Origin: Mobula hypostoma
Taxonomy: Eukaryota
Assembly (NCBI RefSeq): GCF_963921235.1
Contig: NC_086097.1
Location: forward strand, 45,572,001 to 45,636,000
Direction: 5' to 3'
DNA: 64,000 nt
A model generated the notes under the pieces. That model made no database searches. It had not been told where the DNA came from and was given only the letters and a program-made list of their open reading frames with translations. The translations under genes were made by a program, and so were the position numbers. This document shows, in pieces, positions 61,444-64,000 of the stretch (position 1 is the stretch's first letter; each line of letters begins with the position of its first letter).

Positions 61444-63035
61444 CAGTGGTGCTAGAAAGTTTGTGAACACTGTAGAATTTTCTCTATTTCTGCATAAAAA
61501 TGACCTAAAACATGAACAAATCTTCATGCAAGTCCTAAAACTAGATAAAGAAAACCCAATTAAATAAATAACACAAAAACATTATACTTGTTCATTTATT
61601 TATTGAGAAAAATGATCCAATGTTACATGTATTTGTTGGAAAAAGTATGTGAACCTCTGGGTTCTACAAAAGCTATTTGGAGTCCGGTGTTCCAATCAAT
61701 AAGATGAGATTGGAAGTGTGGGTTATAGGGGTGCCCAGGCCCATATATTTTAAAAAAAAGGCACACAGAGTCAGGCTGTTCTTCTCAGGAAAGGTCTGGT
61801 TATGTGCACCATTCCTCAATCAAAGCAACTTTCAGAGGATCTTAGAAGAATTATAGAGATGCATGAAGCTGGAAAAGGCTACAAAAGGAATTCTAAAGAC
61901 CTGAGTGTTCATCAGTCCGTAGTAAGAGAAATTATCTACAAATGGAGGAAACTCAGTACTGTTGCTACTCTTCGTAGAGGTGGGCATCCTGTAAAGATCA
62001 CACCAAGAGCACAACATGCAATGCTGAAGGAGGTGAAAAAGAACCCAAGGCTAACAACAAAAGACCTGCAGAAATCTCTAGAACTTGCTAAGGTCTCTGC
62101 TCATCTGTCCACTGTAAGGAAAACACTGAACAAGGATGGTGTTCATGGAAGGATAACACGGAGGAAACCACTGCTGTCCAAAAAAAAAAACATTGCTGCA
62201 TGTCTCAGGTTTGCAAAAGACCACTTGGATGTTCTACAGTGCTTCTGGGACAATGTGGACAGAAGAGACAAAAGTTGAACTTTTGGGCAGAAATGCACAT
62301 TGTTTGGAGGAAAAAGAGCACTGCACACTAACACCAAAACCTCATCCCAATTCTGAAGCATGGTGGTTTGGGGCTACATTGCTGCCTCAGGGCCTGAACA
62401 GCTTGCGGTCATTGAGGGAGCAATGAATTCAAAATTGTATCAAGACATTTTACTGGAGAATATCGGAGTAGCAATCCGTCACCTGAAGCTCAATAGAAGT
62501 TGGATAATGCAACAAGTCAATAATCTGAAAGACAAGAGTAGATCAACCACAGAATGGTTTTTTAAAAAAAAAAGAAGAAAATTTGTGTTTTGGAATGGCT
62601 GAGTCAAAGTCCTGACCTTTAATCCAATAGAAGTGTTGTGGAAGGACCTGGAGCAGGCAGTTCATGCAAGGAAACTCACCAACATCCCAGAGTTGAAGCA
62701 GTTTTGTAAGGAGGAATGGCCTAAAATTCCTCCAAGCCGATACGCTGGACTGATCAACAGTTACCAGAAACATTTGGTTGAAGTTATTGCTGTACAAGGG
62801 AGTCACACCAGTTATTGAAAGCAAAGGTTCACATACTTTTTCCAACAAATATATATAATATTGGATCATTTTTCTCAATAAATAAATGAACAAGTATTAT
62901 TTTTTGTGTTATTTATTTAATTAGGTTCTCCTTGTCTAGTTTTAGAACTTACATAAAGATCTGATCACATTTTAGGTCATATTTATGCAGAAATAGAGAA
63001 ATTTCTACAGGGTTCACAAACTTTCTAGCACCCTG
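61444..63035 (+). mobile_element. Full-length Tc1 (IR/DR type) transposon with frameshifted transposase
   Basis: TIRs of about 210 bp (61444-61655 and 62826-63035). Paired-like HTH PQSKQLSEDLRRIIEMHEAGKGYK...RRKPLLSKK; ETKVEL, MQQVN and LWKDLEQAVHARK pieces in different frames. Confidence 0.92.
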
Positions 63036-63074
63036 TGTATTGTATTAAGGAATTGGCATACAGCTTTTCAATGT

Positions 63075-63710
63075 ATTGAATTCAATTGAATGATCTTTAT
63101 TGTCATTATACATAGGTACAATGAAACTCTGTTTGGCTTCCTCTCAGGTAATTAAATAAAGTGGTAGATGTAAAACAAGACAGTAATAGAAGAACAGTAT
63201 TAAATAGATAAGTAGCAGAAAATAAGTTGCAACAGCACCAGAATTTCACAGTAATGCACAAAGTGCTGTTAGTACAAGTATTTGAGTGCTTGTGTGTGGA
63301 TGTGTGTGCTCACAGTTTCAGTCATTGTTCTGTGGGAGTGGTGTCATGGAGGCCACAGCTGTTCCTCAGTCTACTTGTTCTGGCTTTTAATGTCCTGAAC
63401 CTTTTGCCGGACGGCAGCGGGTCAAACAGGGAGTGGCCGGGGTGTGTGGTGTCTCTGGTTATGCTGATTGCTTTCCTCCTGAGTCTGCTGGAATAGATGG
63501 TATCCAGTCCTGGGAGCTCCATCCTGACAATTCACTGGGCCGCCTTCACCACGCGATGCAGGTCTTGTCACTCAGCGGCTGTGCAGCTGGCATACCACAC
63601 TGTGGCGCTGTTGATCAGGATGGTTTCAATTGTGCTTCTGTCGAAGTTAAGCAACAGCTTTTGTGGGAGTTTAGCCTGTTTCAGCTTTCTGAAGAAGAAG
63701 AGTCTTTGTA
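63075..63710 (-). mobile_element. Rex-Babar-type LINE 3' end
   Basis: HPGHSLFDPLPSGKRFRTLKARTSRLRNS motif; AATAAA and ATTCA-type tail on the minus strand. Confidence 0.75.
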
Positions 63711-64000
63711 CACTACCAGAATTAAAATATTGCAAGAGAATATGAGCTCAACTTAACACTTTTTCGATGTGCTCTACTTGAATAGTGTTGAAATACAGCT
63801 AGCCTTTACTGTCGCAGTAAGAACATCAAAGCATGATCAGGTAGAGTCAACATGATTTTATGAAGAGGAAATGTGTGACAAATCTAACAGCAATAGTATT
63901 AACAGGCTAGATAAACAGGAAACACTAGACATGGTAGATCCAGATTTTCATGGCCAGTATGTTCCTGTAAGGGGGAAATGGAAAAAAGAGAATTCCAAGG

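Noticed and set aside
57747..64000. Missing TECPR2 C-terminal exons as gene truncation
   Set aside because: Introns here reach 23 kb, so the remaining exons most likely lie beyond the window edge.

Overview
Vertebrate genomic DNA, probably from a cartilaginous fish and most likely a ray (inferred from the repeat content: V-domain SINEs, CR1, Rex-Babar, Penelope pLTRs). The + strand carries 11 consecutive internal coding exons of TECPR2. All have GT-AG boundaries and compatible phases, and they splice to 3149 nt without a stop; the first and last exons of the gene lie outside the window. The introns are dense stacks of transposable elements. The 23.6-kb intron (11862-35428) holds an old CR1 split by a young CR1, which is itself split by a full-length, apparently intact antisense L1 with a perfect 13-bp TSD, plus a second full-length but frameshifted L1-clade element. 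Also present are Rex-Babar LINEs, two Tc1 transposons, a hAT with a nested palindromic MITE, a Tigger-like element, SINEs and Penelope pLTR fragments carrying minimal hammerhead-ribozyme cores. No prokaryotic features or CRISPR arrays are present. I found no convincing new gene system. The best leads are the intact L1 (with an inverted copy of its 5' end in the inter-ORF spacer), the near-identical target sites of the two different L1s, an L1-antisense ATG fused in frame to a CR1 RT, and the hammerhead-bearing Penelope fold-backs. Family assignments come from motif recognition, not from database searches.
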